From an uncultured virus (IMG/VR IMGVR_UViG_3300046519_000252) (Duplodnaviria; Heunggongvirae; Uroviricota; Caudoviricetes): DNA of 64,000 nt. The notes beneath the pieces are model-generated. The model searched no databases, was not told the origin of the DNA, and saw only the letters and a program-made list of their open reading frames with translations. The first letter of the stretch is position 1. Each line of letters starts with the position of its first letter. The stretch is from the IMG/VR virus record IMGVR_UViG_3300046519_000252. One strand, given 5' to 3'. This document shows positions 49,834 through 59,672 of the stretch, piece by piece. The position numbers and the translations under genes were made by a program.

Positions 49834-50172
49834 TCAGCGTGCGTTTTGGTAGCGCGCGGCGTCCTGCTGCATGCCCTGCCAGACAACTTCGAACATCTGG
49901 GCGAGGATCATTTCCCGGGCGCCGAGGTTGCGCTTGTTCTGCGTGTTCGCCTGCACGAAATGCAGCTTGGCGGCGCGCTTCCGGCGGAGTATGGCGTTGG
50001 CGATGGCTTCGTCGGTGGCGTTGCGGAGGCGCCAGTTGCCGATGGTCTGGAGAACGATCCGGAATCCCCAGTTGAAGAGGCGTTCCGAGTCGGCGGCGGT
50101 CATTACGCCCTGTTCGACCTTTTCGGCGAGCATGTTGCGGGCAGCGGTTTCGGTGTTGGCGATGACACGCAT
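49834..50172 (-). CDS. hypothetical protein
   Basis: box variant at 50203. Confidence 0.7.
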   Translation of the reverse strand: MRVIANTETAARNMLAEKVEQGVMTAADSERLFNWGFRIVLQTIGNWRLRNATDEAIANAILRRKRAAKLHFVQANTQNKRNLGAREMILAQMFEVVWQGMQQDAARYQNAR

Positions 50173-50307
50173 GACGATCCCCTCGGGTGGTCGAGCTGAT
50201 GTATCTACTCTAGCAGCTACGGGTTCGCTTGCCTAGCATCATGCAGCCTTTGATGCAGGGATAGCAAACGGGGGCACAGCCGAAGCCGTACCCCCGTCTC
50301 TCGCCGG

Positions 50308-50583
50308 TCACTCCGGCAACAGTCCCAACTCCCGGCACACCCGCACCGCTACCTCTGCGATGGCCGTCGTGGAACCGTCCAGATGCACCACGCCGTTGCT
50401 GGTAGCAGTCCAACGGATGTCGTGGGCATCCCAGCACTCTTGTTCGGTCATCTCACAGTCGATGCCGTTGCACTCGTACGCCTCAGCCGTCAGGTTCTGT
50501 ACCAGCCGCTCCCTGAACGCCTCTACAGACACCGGCCGCATCTCCTCGGGCGTAGGCCCGTGGCGCTCCCCGAACCATCCCAT
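50308..50583 (-). CDS. hypothetical protein
   Basis: MGWFGERHG.. start. Confidence 0.55.
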   Translation of the reverse strand: MGWFGERHGPTPEEMRPVSVEAFRERLVQNLTAEAYECNGIDCEMTEQECWDAHDIRWTATSNGVVHLDGSTTAIAEVAVRVCRELGLLPE

Positions 50584-50728
50584 CAGTCCCACCCTTCCTC
50601 GCTGCGCTGCATCCGGGACGTGGACTCCGGCCGCTCCCATAGCTGTTGGTCCAGCTCCCACAACTCCCGCCAGCCCTCCTGTTCGTTCCAGTCGGGTATC
50701 TCCGGGTCCTCATCCGGGTGTCTGCGCC

Positions 50729-51154
50729 TCACTGCTGCTCACTCCCACGCTTGACAACGAACATTCCGCCGCCGATGTTGACGACCGTGTCCCCGGGGTG
50801 GGCGTACACCACACCACCCCGTGGGCCCCAGCCGACCAGCTCGTACGCTCCGCCAGCACGCCAGCCGCCAACCCATGCGGCGATCTCGTCCGCGTTGTCC
50901 CGGGTCAGCGTGCGGGTGTCCGGCGGGCAGTCGTAGCCGTGCTGGCCGCAGAAGTTGTGACCGCGAGTGCACGGGTTGACGGGCTCCCGGTGCGCCGTGT
51001 CGTCGCCTGTGTGCCCCGCGACAGCTGCCCCGGCAGTGGCCTCCCGGGCACATTCCTGCGCGTACACGTCCAGGATGTCGGCGAGCTTCTCCGGGTCCAT
51101 ACCGAGCCGTTCGGCTGCTGCCAGTGTCGCCGGGGTGATCCGGTTCTCTTCCAT
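50729..51154 (-). CDS. hypothetical protein
   Basis: AGGAGG RBS. Confidence 0.7.
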   Translation of the reverse strand: MEENRITPATLAAAERLGMDPEKLADILDVYAQECAREATAGAAVAGHTGDDTAHREPVNPCTRGHNFCGQHGYDCPPDTRTLTRDNADEIAAWVGGWRAGGAYELVGWGPRGGVVYAHPGDTVVNIGGGMFVVKRGSEQQ

Positions 51155-51205
51155 GGTTCCTCCTAGGAAAGAAGCCGCCCACGAGCTGGACGGCTTCTTA
51201 CGGGT

Positions 51206-51593
51206 TTATCCGTTCACGGCTACGGCGGCGGCCATACCTCCAAGAAAGCCGATGATGAGTAGCGCCGCGTAGAGAATCAGTGCGACAGGTATGGCGAGTG
51301 TGATCAGGATTGCGCGGCGGACGGTTCGGGCTTTCACGGCCTCTTCTTCGGTGTCGGTCAGTTGTGCCAGAGGCCGATGGCGAAGCCTGTGGCGATGATC
51401 AGGGCTACGGCGCTTCCTGCGATGAGCAGGAGTAGGCAGCCGATTCCTTTGGGGATCATGGTCAGTGTGCTCCCGGTGCGAGCTTGGCGAGGAGACGGCC
51501 CAGGCGGGCCGATCCGGCGGGGGAAAGACGCTCGAACTTGATCTTCTGCGTCTTGGGCTGCTGAGGGTTGCGATTGTACGTCTGGTTAGGCAT
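51206..51593 (-). other. three micro-ORFs (43, 33 and 43 aa; two are single-TM)
   Basis: 51462-51593, 51358-51459, 51206-51337 downstream of box at 51616. Confidence 0.55.
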
Positions 51594-51671
51594 GTGAACG
51601 CCTCCTAGGGAATGTATCTACCCTAACAGAAGAGGGACGGGAGATCTAGTAGTCTCCCGTCCCCCAGACGC

Positions 51672-52175
51672 TCAGATCGTCGTCCGTCCCGCGTACTTCC
51701 ACGTCGCATCGAGAGGGATCCCACCAGGGCAGCGCCCCGGACGGTGTTGGGGGATCTCATCTCCCTTGTCCGAGTAGCCGTAGCGCGTGAACGGGCACTT
51801 GAGGCGGTCGCACTTGCCCTCGGCCGTGAACACGTACCAGGTATCACCCTGGTGAGCGACGACGTCCGAGAGGCTGCTCCCTGTGGACCACGGATACCAG
51901 GCGCCCCAAGACACGTACACCAGCACCGACTTACCGTCTACGTCCAGGCGCCACCTGTACAGGCTCGGGGAGATGCCCGGGTTACCGGGGTTGTCCCCCT
52001 CGCCTGCCGGAACTGCCTCCGCCATGCTGAATGTGCGGGCGTCCGTTCCTACCAGGGACTGGGGGACGTACACCTTCCAGGTCTCCGCGCGGCGCTCGTC
52101 GTACCAGTAGGGGCGTCGTAGCCTGATCTGGGTACCGGCCTTACGGGTCTTGCACAGTGGCTTGTTCCGCTTCAT
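51672..52175 (-). CDS. hypothetical protein
   Basis: box at 52195. Confidence 0.65.
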   Translation of the reverse strand: MKRNKPLCKTRKAGTQIRLRRPYWYDERRAETWKVYVPQSLVGTDARTFSMAEAVPAGEGDNPGNPGISPSLYRWRLDVDGKSVLVYVSWGAWYPWSTGSSLSDVVAHQGDTWYVFTAEGKCDRLKCPFTRYGYSDKGDEIPQHRPGRCPGGIPLDATWKYAGRTTI

Positions 52176-52255
52176 CGTTTACCCCCTTTGATATATCTAC
52201 CCTAGCACACGGAAGGGGCGGAAGGCCAGTAGCCCCCGCCCCTTCCGTGCAACGC

Positions 52256-53188
52256 TTACGCGCTCGCCAGCTCCGCCGTCTCCAGCTCCGGCGACTCGAT
52301 GGCCTTTACGTACGTCCGGAACATGGAGAGAACCTGCTTACCGACCTGCTGTACGGCCTTCATGACGTCCTCAGGGTCCTTGCCCGCCCAGGTGGCGATG
52401 TAAGGGGCGGAATAAGAGGCCGTCTCCAGTCCGTAGTACTGAGAGACCATGTAGGCGAAACTCTCGGCCACAGTCTCCGCGATACCCCGGTGCTCCCGGT
52501 ACTCCGCCAGGTCCGAGACGTGGTCCGCCAGAATGTGACCGAGTTCGTGAACCAAGGTCTTGGTCTGCTGTGCAGGTGACACCCTGTCGCTCACACGCAC
52601 GACCATCGCCTTGGGGTCGGTGTAGCCGTTCGCGCTGCCCGTGTTGCCGTGCTCGATGGTGTAACCGAGCTTCTCGATCTGTCCGGCGACGTCGTCCCAC
52701 ATTTCGGCAGGGGCCTCGCCCTGAAGGTGCTTGACAACCTTGGGACGGCTGACCGTGGGCGTGATGAAGTAGGTGGCCGCGCCCTCGTGCTGCCAAATCG
52801 GCTCCGTTTGTGAGACATCGAACTCGGCCTGGAGGCGGAAGCCGACGATCTTTGTTTTGTCTGGATTGCGCTCGTCCTTGGCCGTGATGGGGGAGGAGAC
52901 GCGCAGGGACTTGGTGCCCTTCATGGGGAATCTGCCGCGAGCCGCCCAGGCTTTCGAGGTGATCACGGCCGTTGCGTCCGGGCACTGCGAAAGGATCCAG
53001 AGCATGTTGTTGAAGGAGAACCGCGACAGCTCGGTCCCGTTCTTCTCCGTCATGGCCTTGAGGAGCTTGGGCCAGGCGTCGGAGGTGACGAGTTCCTGCA
53101 CGGTGTCGGCGAGCTTCTCGTGCAGCTCGTTAGCGAGCTGCTTGGTCTTGCTGGGGGACTTGCTCGCGTAGCGCTTGGCGTAGGCCAT
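52256..53188 (-). CDS. ArdC-like ssDNA-binding/anti-restriction protein with HExxH metallopeptidase domain
   Basis: FSFNNMLWILSQCPDAT..W...GR..KG..FDVSQT; TLVHELGHIL; ETVAESFAYMV..SAPYIATW. Confidence 0.85.
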   Translation of the reverse strand: MAYAKRYASKSPSKTKQLANELHEKLADTVQELVTSDAWPKLLKAMTEKNGTELSRFSFNNMLWILSQCPDATAVITSKAWAARGRFPMKGTKSLRVSSPITAKDERNPDKTKIVGFRLQAEFDVSQTEPIWQHEGAATYFITPTVSRPKVVKHLQGEAPAEMWDDVAGQIEKLGYTIEHGNTGSANGYTDPKAMVVRVSDRVSPAQQTKTLVHELGHILADHVSDLAEYREHRGIAETVAESFAYMVSQYYGLETASYSAPYIATWAGKDPEDVMKAVQQVGKQVLSMFRTYVKAIESPELETAELASA

Positions 53189-53357
53189 CAGGATCTCCTC
53201 GGTTCGGTGTTCCGTCTTGATATATCTACACTAGCACACTACTAGGGTAGATGCGCAAGAGGGATTCACAGCCAAACCGGGAAGGGACACACCCTCGGTG
53301 TGCGAATCGGCTAGAGTTCACACATCAATCCGGTGAATCCGTGGAGAGGGGACACCC

Positions 53358-53846
53358 ATGTCCGATTCTGCAACACCCGCTGTAAAACCCCGCAACAAGT
53401 GGTTTTGGCTGCGCGGGGTACCCGCTACCATCGTGGTCGGCATTCCGGCCGGTACCGGTGTCCAGTACTTCACCGGACTGCATGACTCGACCCTGCGCGA
53501 CCGTATCCAGGGCGGGGTGGCCTGGATCTTCGTATCGGTTGTCACCGGACTCACGGCCTACGCCCTGTACCGGATCAAGGTCAACATGGCGTACAACCGG
53601 CGGCCTTTCACCCCGAAGGACCGGGCGTACTGCAACGGGGCCGCGTGTACTGCACTTCTCGGGGCCGTGGCCATCGCAATCAGTCAGCTGATCTGGAAGA
53701 CCCCCACAGGCCACAGCATCGGTTTGGTCGATGTGCTCTCCGCACAGGTGCTCACCTGCATCATCGTGTCCTGGGTCTTGTTCCTGCTGGCCGAGGTTCA
53801 CAAGCGGGGTGCCGAGCTGTTCGACGAGCTGGAGCAGGGCGTATGA
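53358..53846 (+). CDS. DUF2975/YoaS-like membrane protein
   Basis: about 4 TM helices; LLAEVHKRGAELFDELEQGV C-terminus; coupled to HTH gene. Confidence 0.65.
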   Translation: MSDSATPAVKPRNKWFWLRGVPATIVVGIPAGTGVQYFTGLHDSTLRDRIQGGVAWIFVSVVTGLTAYALYRIKVNMAYNRRPFTPKDRAYCNGAACTALLGAVAIAISQLIWKTPTGHSIGLVDVLSAQVLTCIIVSWVLFLLAEVHKRGAELFDELEQGV

Positions 53847-54079
53847 CCGAGGCCCTGGAAGAAACAGAGTCGGGGATCACGATCCGCCTGGACATTCTGC
53901 TGGTGCAACGGAAAATGACGTTGACTCAGCTGGCCGCAGAGGTCGGGATGCACATCAACGCCTTGTCTCGGCTGAAGAACGGGGACGTCTCGTTCATCAG
54001 AATCGAGACTCTGCGGAAGCTCTGCAAGGTGCTGGACTGCCAGCCGGGGGACCTGCTCGTCTACACCGATCACCCGTAG
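53843..54079 (+). CDS. Cro/C1-type (YozG-like) HTH regulator
   Basis: RLDILLVQRKMTLTQLAAEVG..LSRLKNG..IRIETL..LDCQPGDLL. Confidence 0.9.
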   Translation: MTEALEETESGITIRLDILLVQRKMTLTQLAAEVGMHINALSRLKNGDVSFIRIETLRKLCKVLDCQPGDLLVYTDHP

Positions 54080-54137
54080 CTCAGACAGCAAAAACGGCCG
54101 GTACGGGAGAGATCCCGTACCGGCCGTTTGCGTCCTG

Positions 54138-54545
54138 CTAGTCCGGCGCCTTTACCAGCGTCGGTTCGGTCCCCTTGTTCATGGCGGCCCGCACCTTCAG
54201 GATCAGCTCTCCGATCCGGCCCTCTACCCGGGCGATGTCCTCCGCCGTGTGGGAGTAGGTGTCCTTCTTCATCTGGCCGAGCCGGTTGCCGGTGTAGTCG
54301 ATGAACCCCTGAAGGGTGAGCGGCTTGAGCGGCGGGGTGAGAACGTCCCGGCTGGTCAGCATCTCAAACGGCGACGGGCAGGAACAGCCGCTGTCACTGG
54401 CGTAGAACAGCTCACCGGTGGTGATGTCCTGCCAGACGGTCGTCATATCGAACTGATAAGCGTCATCGTCCCAGGAGAGGTTTCCGATGATCTTCAGGCC
54501 GAACTTCTCCGGGCTGCTGAACAGGTCGGGATCGTTGTAACCCAT
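54138..54545 (-). CDS. hypothetical actinophage-type protein
   Basis: YQFD..VW..FYASDSGCSCPSPFE. Confidence 0.75.
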   Translation of the reverse strand: MGYNDPDLFSSPEKFGLKIIGNLSWDDDAYQFDMTTVWQDITTGELFYASDSGCSCPSPFEMLTSRDVLTPPLKPLTLQGFIDYTGNRLGQMKKDTYSHTAEDIARVEGRIGELILKVRAAMNKGTEPTLVKAPD

Positions 54546-54558
54546 GGACGGCTTCCTT

Positions 54559-54768
54559 TCAGGGGCGGGCGGTGACGAAGGTTCCCAGGTGGTTGGTGTA
54601 GATCAGCCCATCACGCTTGACGAGACGGAAGGCTCGGGCGATGGATACTGTGCTGACGTTGTAGGCCCTCGCTAGCTCTGCCTGGGTGGGGAGCTGTTGG
54701 CCTGCAACATAGGTGTTGTCGGCTATGCAGCGTCGGATCTCGTTGGCGATCTCTACGTACCTTGCCAT
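54559..54768 (-). CDS. small GntR-type wHTH protein, probably leaderless
   Basis: YVEIANEIRRCI..YVAGQQLPTQAELARAYNVS..GTFV. Confidence 0.85.
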   Translation of the reverse strand: MARYVEIANEIRRCIADNTYVAGQQLPTQAELARAYNVSTVSIARAFRLVKRDGLIYTNHLGTFVTARP

Positions 54769-54855
54769 GTATCTACCCTATCACGAGAAAGCCGCCCCAG
54801 GGATCCCCCGAGGCGGCTCCTCACATCCGGCAACTAGCCTCCGTCAGGCCACTTG

Positions 54856-56367
54856 CTATCCCCTGACATCGAACCCCCGCCGCCTGCCGAGGGCCTTGAG
54901 AGACGTCGCTCCGGGGTCTCCAGTGGCATCGCTGCCGGTGAGGTGCAGTACCTCGCGGCGGAAGCGGTTATACGCGTCGTCGGTCTTGGTACCCCAGGAG
55001 CCGTCCGCGTACTTCTTGTCGAGGAAGCCCTCCGCAACCAGGGCGTTTTCGACGATCTTGACATCAGCGGGGTACGTCTTGTGCCCGGTGGCCGCCGGAA
55101 GATCCTTCTTGCGGGCCGCGATGATGTTGGACAGGTCAACGACCGGCTTCACAGGCGGCTTCGGCTTCACCGGAGGCTTCGGAACAACCGGAGCAGACCA
55201 GCGGTACGACGCCACGGCCTTGCCGCCACGCGGGTCCTGCGGGTCAGCGGTAGGCGGGCACACGCCGTCTGCGAACTTGGGGGCGAAGTAGCCAATCACA
55301 CGGGGCGAGCGGCGCGGGGTGCTGTGAGACCAAACCCCGTTGCCCTGCCCGGCGTCCGTGGATCCGGCCTTGACGGAGTTGCCACCCTTGGTGAAGACGT
55401 TGTCCGCGTCGAACCCGACGACGACCTCCGTGTGCCCGTTGCCGAAGTTGCACCAGGCTCCGATGGACGGGTACTCCGACCACTGGCCGTGCTTCTTGGC
55501 CCAGTTGGTGAAGACGACCACGTTGTCGACCTTGGGGACGATCCCCGATAAGCCGACCTCGTTGTACATGCACCAGTCCCAGATGACGCACCAGGCGACC
55601 TTGTTCTCCCCGTACTCCTTGCCCCACGGGTTGTCGTTGTTCCAGCCGACGGCCGACTCCCACGTCTCGTAGATCTTCTCCGGGACGCTCATGACGTGGT
55701 TCAGCAGAGTCAGCCACTGCGGTACAGCCGGAGTCGGCGGAGTCGGCGGAGTCGGCGCGGCGGGGGAGGGAACCGCGAGCTTTGCCCACGCGGTGGCATC
55801 ACCGTTGAACAGGTTCCGGTCGAGGCCTCCGCTGATCGCGTACTGGTGGATCACCCACGTCTTCCAGCCTGCGATGCTGGGCTTCCCCGCAGCATGGTTG
55901 GGGTCGGCGATCCACAGCGGGTAGGACCGTAGCGTCTCCGCGTCCGTCTTGGAGGCCGCCGCAAGCAGGGCGTTGAGGTAGCTGGTGTAGGAGTACACCA
56001 GGGCCTTGACGCCGGTCTTCGCCTTGATCCGGGCGAGGAACTTGAGCGCGTAGGACATCCGCTGGGCCTGGGTGCCTTCGGACGCCTCTAAGTCGAGGGC
56101 TAACAGGTCACCGGGCTTGGCCTTGGCCTTGGACAGGAAGAAGTCGGCTTCCTTGACCGGGTCCTGTGTGGGGTGGCCGAAGTGGTAGTGACCGACCTTC
56201 TTTCCTGCGGTGCGGGCGATGGTCACGAATGCATCGTGGTCGGCATCCGCTGTGTGCTCCCCTTCGGAAGCCTTGGCGATGACGAAGGCGGCGGTTACGG
56301 CTGCGAGGGCAGCGGAGACCGTGGGTATTCCGTTGTTGTTCGAGACGTCGATACCAGATAGAGACAT
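54856..56367 (-). CDS. endolysin: GH25 muramidase + CHAP-like domain + C-terminal cell-wall-binding domain
   Basis: GIDVS, KASEG, ALDLE, LWIA, HQY, LDRN (GH25); AWC..GHT..GGN (CHAP-like); ADGSWG..T; three TTA codons. Confidence 0.9.
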   Translation of the reverse strand: MSLSGIDVSNNNGIPTVSAALAAVTAAFVIAKASEGEHTADADHDAFVTIARTAGKKVGHYHFGHPTQDPVKEADFFLSKAKAKPGDLLALDLEASEGTQAQRMSYALKFLARIKAKTGVKALVYSYTSYLNALLAAASKTDAETLRSYPLWIADPNHAAGKPSIAGWKTWVIHQYAISGGLDRNLFNGDATAWAKLAVPSPAAPTPPTPPTPAVPQWLTLLNHVMSVPEKIYETWESAVGWNNDNPWGKEYGENKVAWCVIWDWCMYNEVGLSGIVPKVDNVVVFTNWAKKHGQWSEYPSIGAWCNFGNGHTEVVVGFDADNVFTKGGNSVKAGSTDAGQGNGVWSHSTPRRSPRVIGYFAPKFADGVCPPTADPQDPRGGKAVASYRWSAPVVPKPPVKPKPPVKPVVDLSNIIAARKKDLPAATGHKTYPADVKIVENALVAEGFLDKKYADGSWGTKTDDAYNRFRREVLHLTGSDATGDPGATSLKALGRRRGFDVRG

Positions 56368-56489
56368 GGAAATGTCCTTTCGCGCGAATTGGACAAGTGC
56401 CAGTCTCTCACGATGGAAATGGCCTATGGAATTAGGATTGGGCATGAAAAAGGGGCCGACCTGTAGTAGGTCGGCCCCTTGTTCTAGTG

Positions 56490-56879
56490 CTACATCTCAG
56501 GCCAGACGATCTTCGGCTCGATGCGGCAGGCCTCTCCGTTTTTCACGTACACCCGCCAGATGTCGGTATTTTCCTCACCCTCGCACTCCAGGTATCCGAC
56601 GAAGTCATGTCCCGGGGCGGAATTGACGACGTTCTGAACGTGATCGATCAGGTTGTCGGCCCGGTACTCGTCGATCTCTCGCATGACCAAGGCAGTTGCC
56701 TTACGACGAAAAAGGGGGCCTTCCTCGGTATCGACGGTTTCCTCTTCGATTCGCAAGATCACATCGGGGTCATATCTGCTGGTGACGTTGTGCAGGGCGT
56801 ACTTGCTGTCCCTGATTTTGTTCCAGGGGAGCGGCGGCACGATGGTGAACTCGCCGGTCACGTGTGTGCGGTAACCCAT
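56490..56879 (-). CDS. hypothetical actinophage-type protein
   Basis: MGY.T.VTGEF.I.PPL..GEE..DIWRV..PKIVWP; AGGAGG RBS. Confidence 0.75.
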   Translation of the reverse strand: MGYRTHVTGEFTIVPPLPWNKIRDSKYALHNVTSRYDPDVILRIEEETVDTEEGPLFRRKATALVMREIDEYRADNLIDHVQNVVNSAPGHDFVGYLECEGEENTDIWRVYVKNGEACRIEPKIVWPEM

Positions 56880-56900
56880 GGGGCCCTCCTTATCGCCTTT

Positions 56901-57197
56901 TTAGCGGGATTCGTTGCGCCGGAGCAGAACGGATTGCGGAACGGTGTAGGTGCCGATCCAGTGCATTACTTCTGTCGCGGATTGCAGGGTGTCCAGGTGC
57001 AGGGTGATCCGGTTAGCATCCCATTCCGCGATCTCCTGGAAGGTTTCCGGGAGGAGGCCCCAGAGTTCGATGAGATACGCGATGAGGCGGCTGCATTCGT
57101 CCTGGGGGAAAGCCAGTTCCGGGTCGGTCTTCTCCTGTACGGCCAGGTCATCGAAGTGGATGGTGAGGGCCCAGCAGTCGGGTTCGGGTTGGGTCAT
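56901..57197 (-). CDS. hypothetical protein
   Basis: AGGAG RBS. Confidence 0.65.
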   Translation of the reverse strand: MTQPEPDCWALTIHFDDLAVQEKTDPELAFPQDECSRLIAYLIELWGLLPETFQEIAEWDANRITLHLDTLQSATEVMHWIGTYTVPQSVLLRRNESR

Positions 57198-57259
57198 GAG
57201 GGGCTCCTACGGGTGAGGGTAGATAAGCCATCGTCGTGACGACTTATCTACCCTATCAG

Positions 57260-58577
57260 CTAGTCGGCGATTTTTCCGTGAAACGTCATCCCCTTGACCC
57301 GCTCGTACCGGTCATCGGCGAACGGCAGATACGGGACGTACAAACCCGTGCGCTTGATCCTCTGCGCAAACGCCGCATCCGTGCTCTCCGGGTACACCCG
57401 CTTGTCCGGGATCAAATCCGGCACAAACGCCTTCTCCTGAGCAGCGTGCCTGATGGGAGAGTGGTCCAGCGTGCTGGCGTACACGTAACGGTGGATCAGA
57501 CCGTCCTTCAGGTACACGTGCCAGGACTCCCGGTCGCAGGTGTACCCGTACAACAGAGTCCGGTCGGGCCCCAGGAAGCTGTGAGCCCAGATCACACGGT
57601 CATCCGGCGGCGTCTGGTGCAGCTGCTTGAACTGTTCGCGATTCACTTCGTCCCCTCCGCCAGGTCCCACAGGCGCCGCACAGACTCCTCCGCGCGCTTC
57701 ACGCACTGCTCTTTTTCGACGTACACGTGCCCTCCGGGGCGCGTGTACGTGTTCTTGATCGTGTGGACGTGCACGCCCAGGAAGTAGACCTGGATATCCT
57801 CGTCCTCGCCGGTACGGTCCGGCACCTCACGAAACTCGATGTACGGGTTACTTTCCATGATCACGCCACCTTCTTGATGTGAGTGAAGATCACGGTCCCG
57901 GCAGCGTGGCGGTCAAAGCCCTTCTCGCCCCCGTGATAGGTGAACTCGTAGACACCGGCCGGGATCCGCACGATCTCAGCGTCCTCATCGAGGTTCTTGA
58001 CGTCGCCGCCGCGAGCCACCCAGTCCCCGAAGTCAGCGATCGAGTAGGACCATACGGCGCCGTCCACGCCCGCCAGCCGAGTCCAGCCCTCAGGGGTGCG
58101 AGGACCGTCCAGCTCCTCATCCCAGCCGCAGTTCGCGAGGACATACTCACCGTCGCCGGTCTGGAAGAGGTCCGGCCAGGCGTCCCCGACGAAGCCGAAC
58201 GCGCAACCCTGCTTGGCGAACTCTTCGACGACCTGTGCCACCCCGAGGTTGCTGGTGTAGTCGGCGAAGCCCTCGCGGCCGTAGCCGTCGTAGACGGGCC
58301 GCAAGTCGTCGTTGATGACGAGCTTTCCGGAGGGCACGTTCAGCCGGATCGTGGTGGTGATGCCGTCGGAGTACTTGCACGGGTTGTCCACGTGGACGGC
58401 ATCGTCAGTGATCGTGTAGTGCACGTAGTCGCCGCAGTAGGCGCAGCTGAACAGGTGGCTTACGAGCATGGGGGTGTCTGGATTGTCGCCGCCGGTCGGG
58501 ATCATGGCGACCTTTACGGTGTCTTCGCGAAGAAGTCGGTGGCCGTTGGCCTTGAGGGGGAGAGTTCGAATCGTCAT
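57260..58577 (-). other. operon of three hypothetical genes, first probably leaderless
   Basis: 57861-58577, 57643-57864, 57260-57646; box at 58580. Confidence 0.7.
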
Positions 58578-58829
58578 GTATCTACCCTAGCATATTGACG
58601 GCCAAAAGGAAACGGCCCGCCCCTGTTAGGACGAGCCGCCGTAACCGAGGCCGCTACGCGGGAACAGGCTTGCCCTGGGACGGGCCAGGCGTCGGCTCCG
58701 GTACCTCAGAACAGCCCGAAGCCCCCACGCCCTACGGGGGGTTAAGGGCATGGGGGCTTCGGGAAAGGGCTGGTGAGCGGGGAGACCTCCCCAGGTTCCC
58801 TCTGCACCAGCCGGGCGCTATCTACCGTA

Positions 58830-59117
58830 CTACTGTTTGAGCAGCGGGGGTAGTACACCCTCTGCCCGCAGCTTTTTCCGCAGCGTCTTCATACGACCCA
58901 GACTCGGGATGAAGATGTGCCAGATCTCGGAGTTGTTCCCGCTGGTCTCGGTGCACTTCTGGGCGTTGGCCAGGCTGCGCGGTGTACCAGGGTGGGACTC
59001 TGCCCGCATCATCTGGGCGTCCCATATGGCGTTCAGCTTGTCGTATTTCAGCAGGCCATGCACCGCACAGACGCTTGGGTCATCTGTGGTCGTGCCCTTC
59101 AAGCGTTGATAGGTCAT
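58830..59117 (-). CDS. hypothetical protein, probably leaderless
   Basis: TAGGGT-AGATAC-ATG. Confidence 0.65.
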   Translation of the reverse strand: MTYQRLKGTTTDDPSVCAVHGLLKYDKLNAIWDAQMMRAESHPGTPRSLANAQKCTETSGNNSEIWHIFIPSLGRMKTLRKKLRAEGVLPPLLKQ

Positions 59118-59327
59118 GTATCTACCCTACTCTTTTGGTTCACGAACGATCCAGTACCCTGCGCCAGCTTGCACCTACTAGTCTCCCCGGCCTACCGTGG
59201 TTCACGTAACACGGTTCTACTCCCTGGTGTTCCAACCATCGGGCTGCAACAACGAGAGGCCCGTACGACTGCAACCCTGTTGGCGCAGGAGTCGTACAGG
59301 TCTCTCGTTGTGTTCGGGATCCAGGCG

Positions 59328-59672
59328 TCAGCAGCCCATGCAGCGGTCCCAATCGCCCTTCAGGACGCGCGGACAATGCTCGTTACAGTGCACACGGATG
59401 CGCTCCCCGTCCGGCTCCTCGTGCACGGTACAGGCGCACAGACCCTGGTCGTGGATCCGGATCAACTGTTCCGTGACCTGGTCGGCAACTCTCCGGGCCC
59501 TGTCTGCATCGCCTCCGAACGTCTCCTGAATGACCTTGGCGGACCGGTGGCTCATCCAGGTATCGACGGGTACGAGACGGTGAATCAGGGCCGCCAGTTC
59601 GCTCTGTGACAGATCGAACCGCATGCGGGGTTCGGTGACGATACGCGGGAGGTACTCGGGGTCTGATGTCAT
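59328..59672 (-). CDS. hypothetical protein, probably leaderless
   Basis: TAGGGT-AGAGAC-ATG; Cys-rich C-terminus. Confidence 0.65.
   Translation of the reverse strand: MTSDPEYLPRIVTEPRMRFDLSQSELAALIHRLVPVDTWMSHRSAKVIQETFGGDADRARRVADQVTEQLIRIHDQGLCACTVHEEPDGERIRVHCNEHCPRVLKGDWDRCMGC

Noticed and set aside
55730..55757. Tandem 9-bp repeat GGAGTCGGC x3
   Set aside because: Encodes the Pro-Thr-Pro linker between endolysin domains.
58700..58820. Two adjacent hairpins as an ncRNA
   Set aside because: They lie just downstream of a minus-strand stop codon and are adequately explained as terminator structures. No separate promoter was seen.
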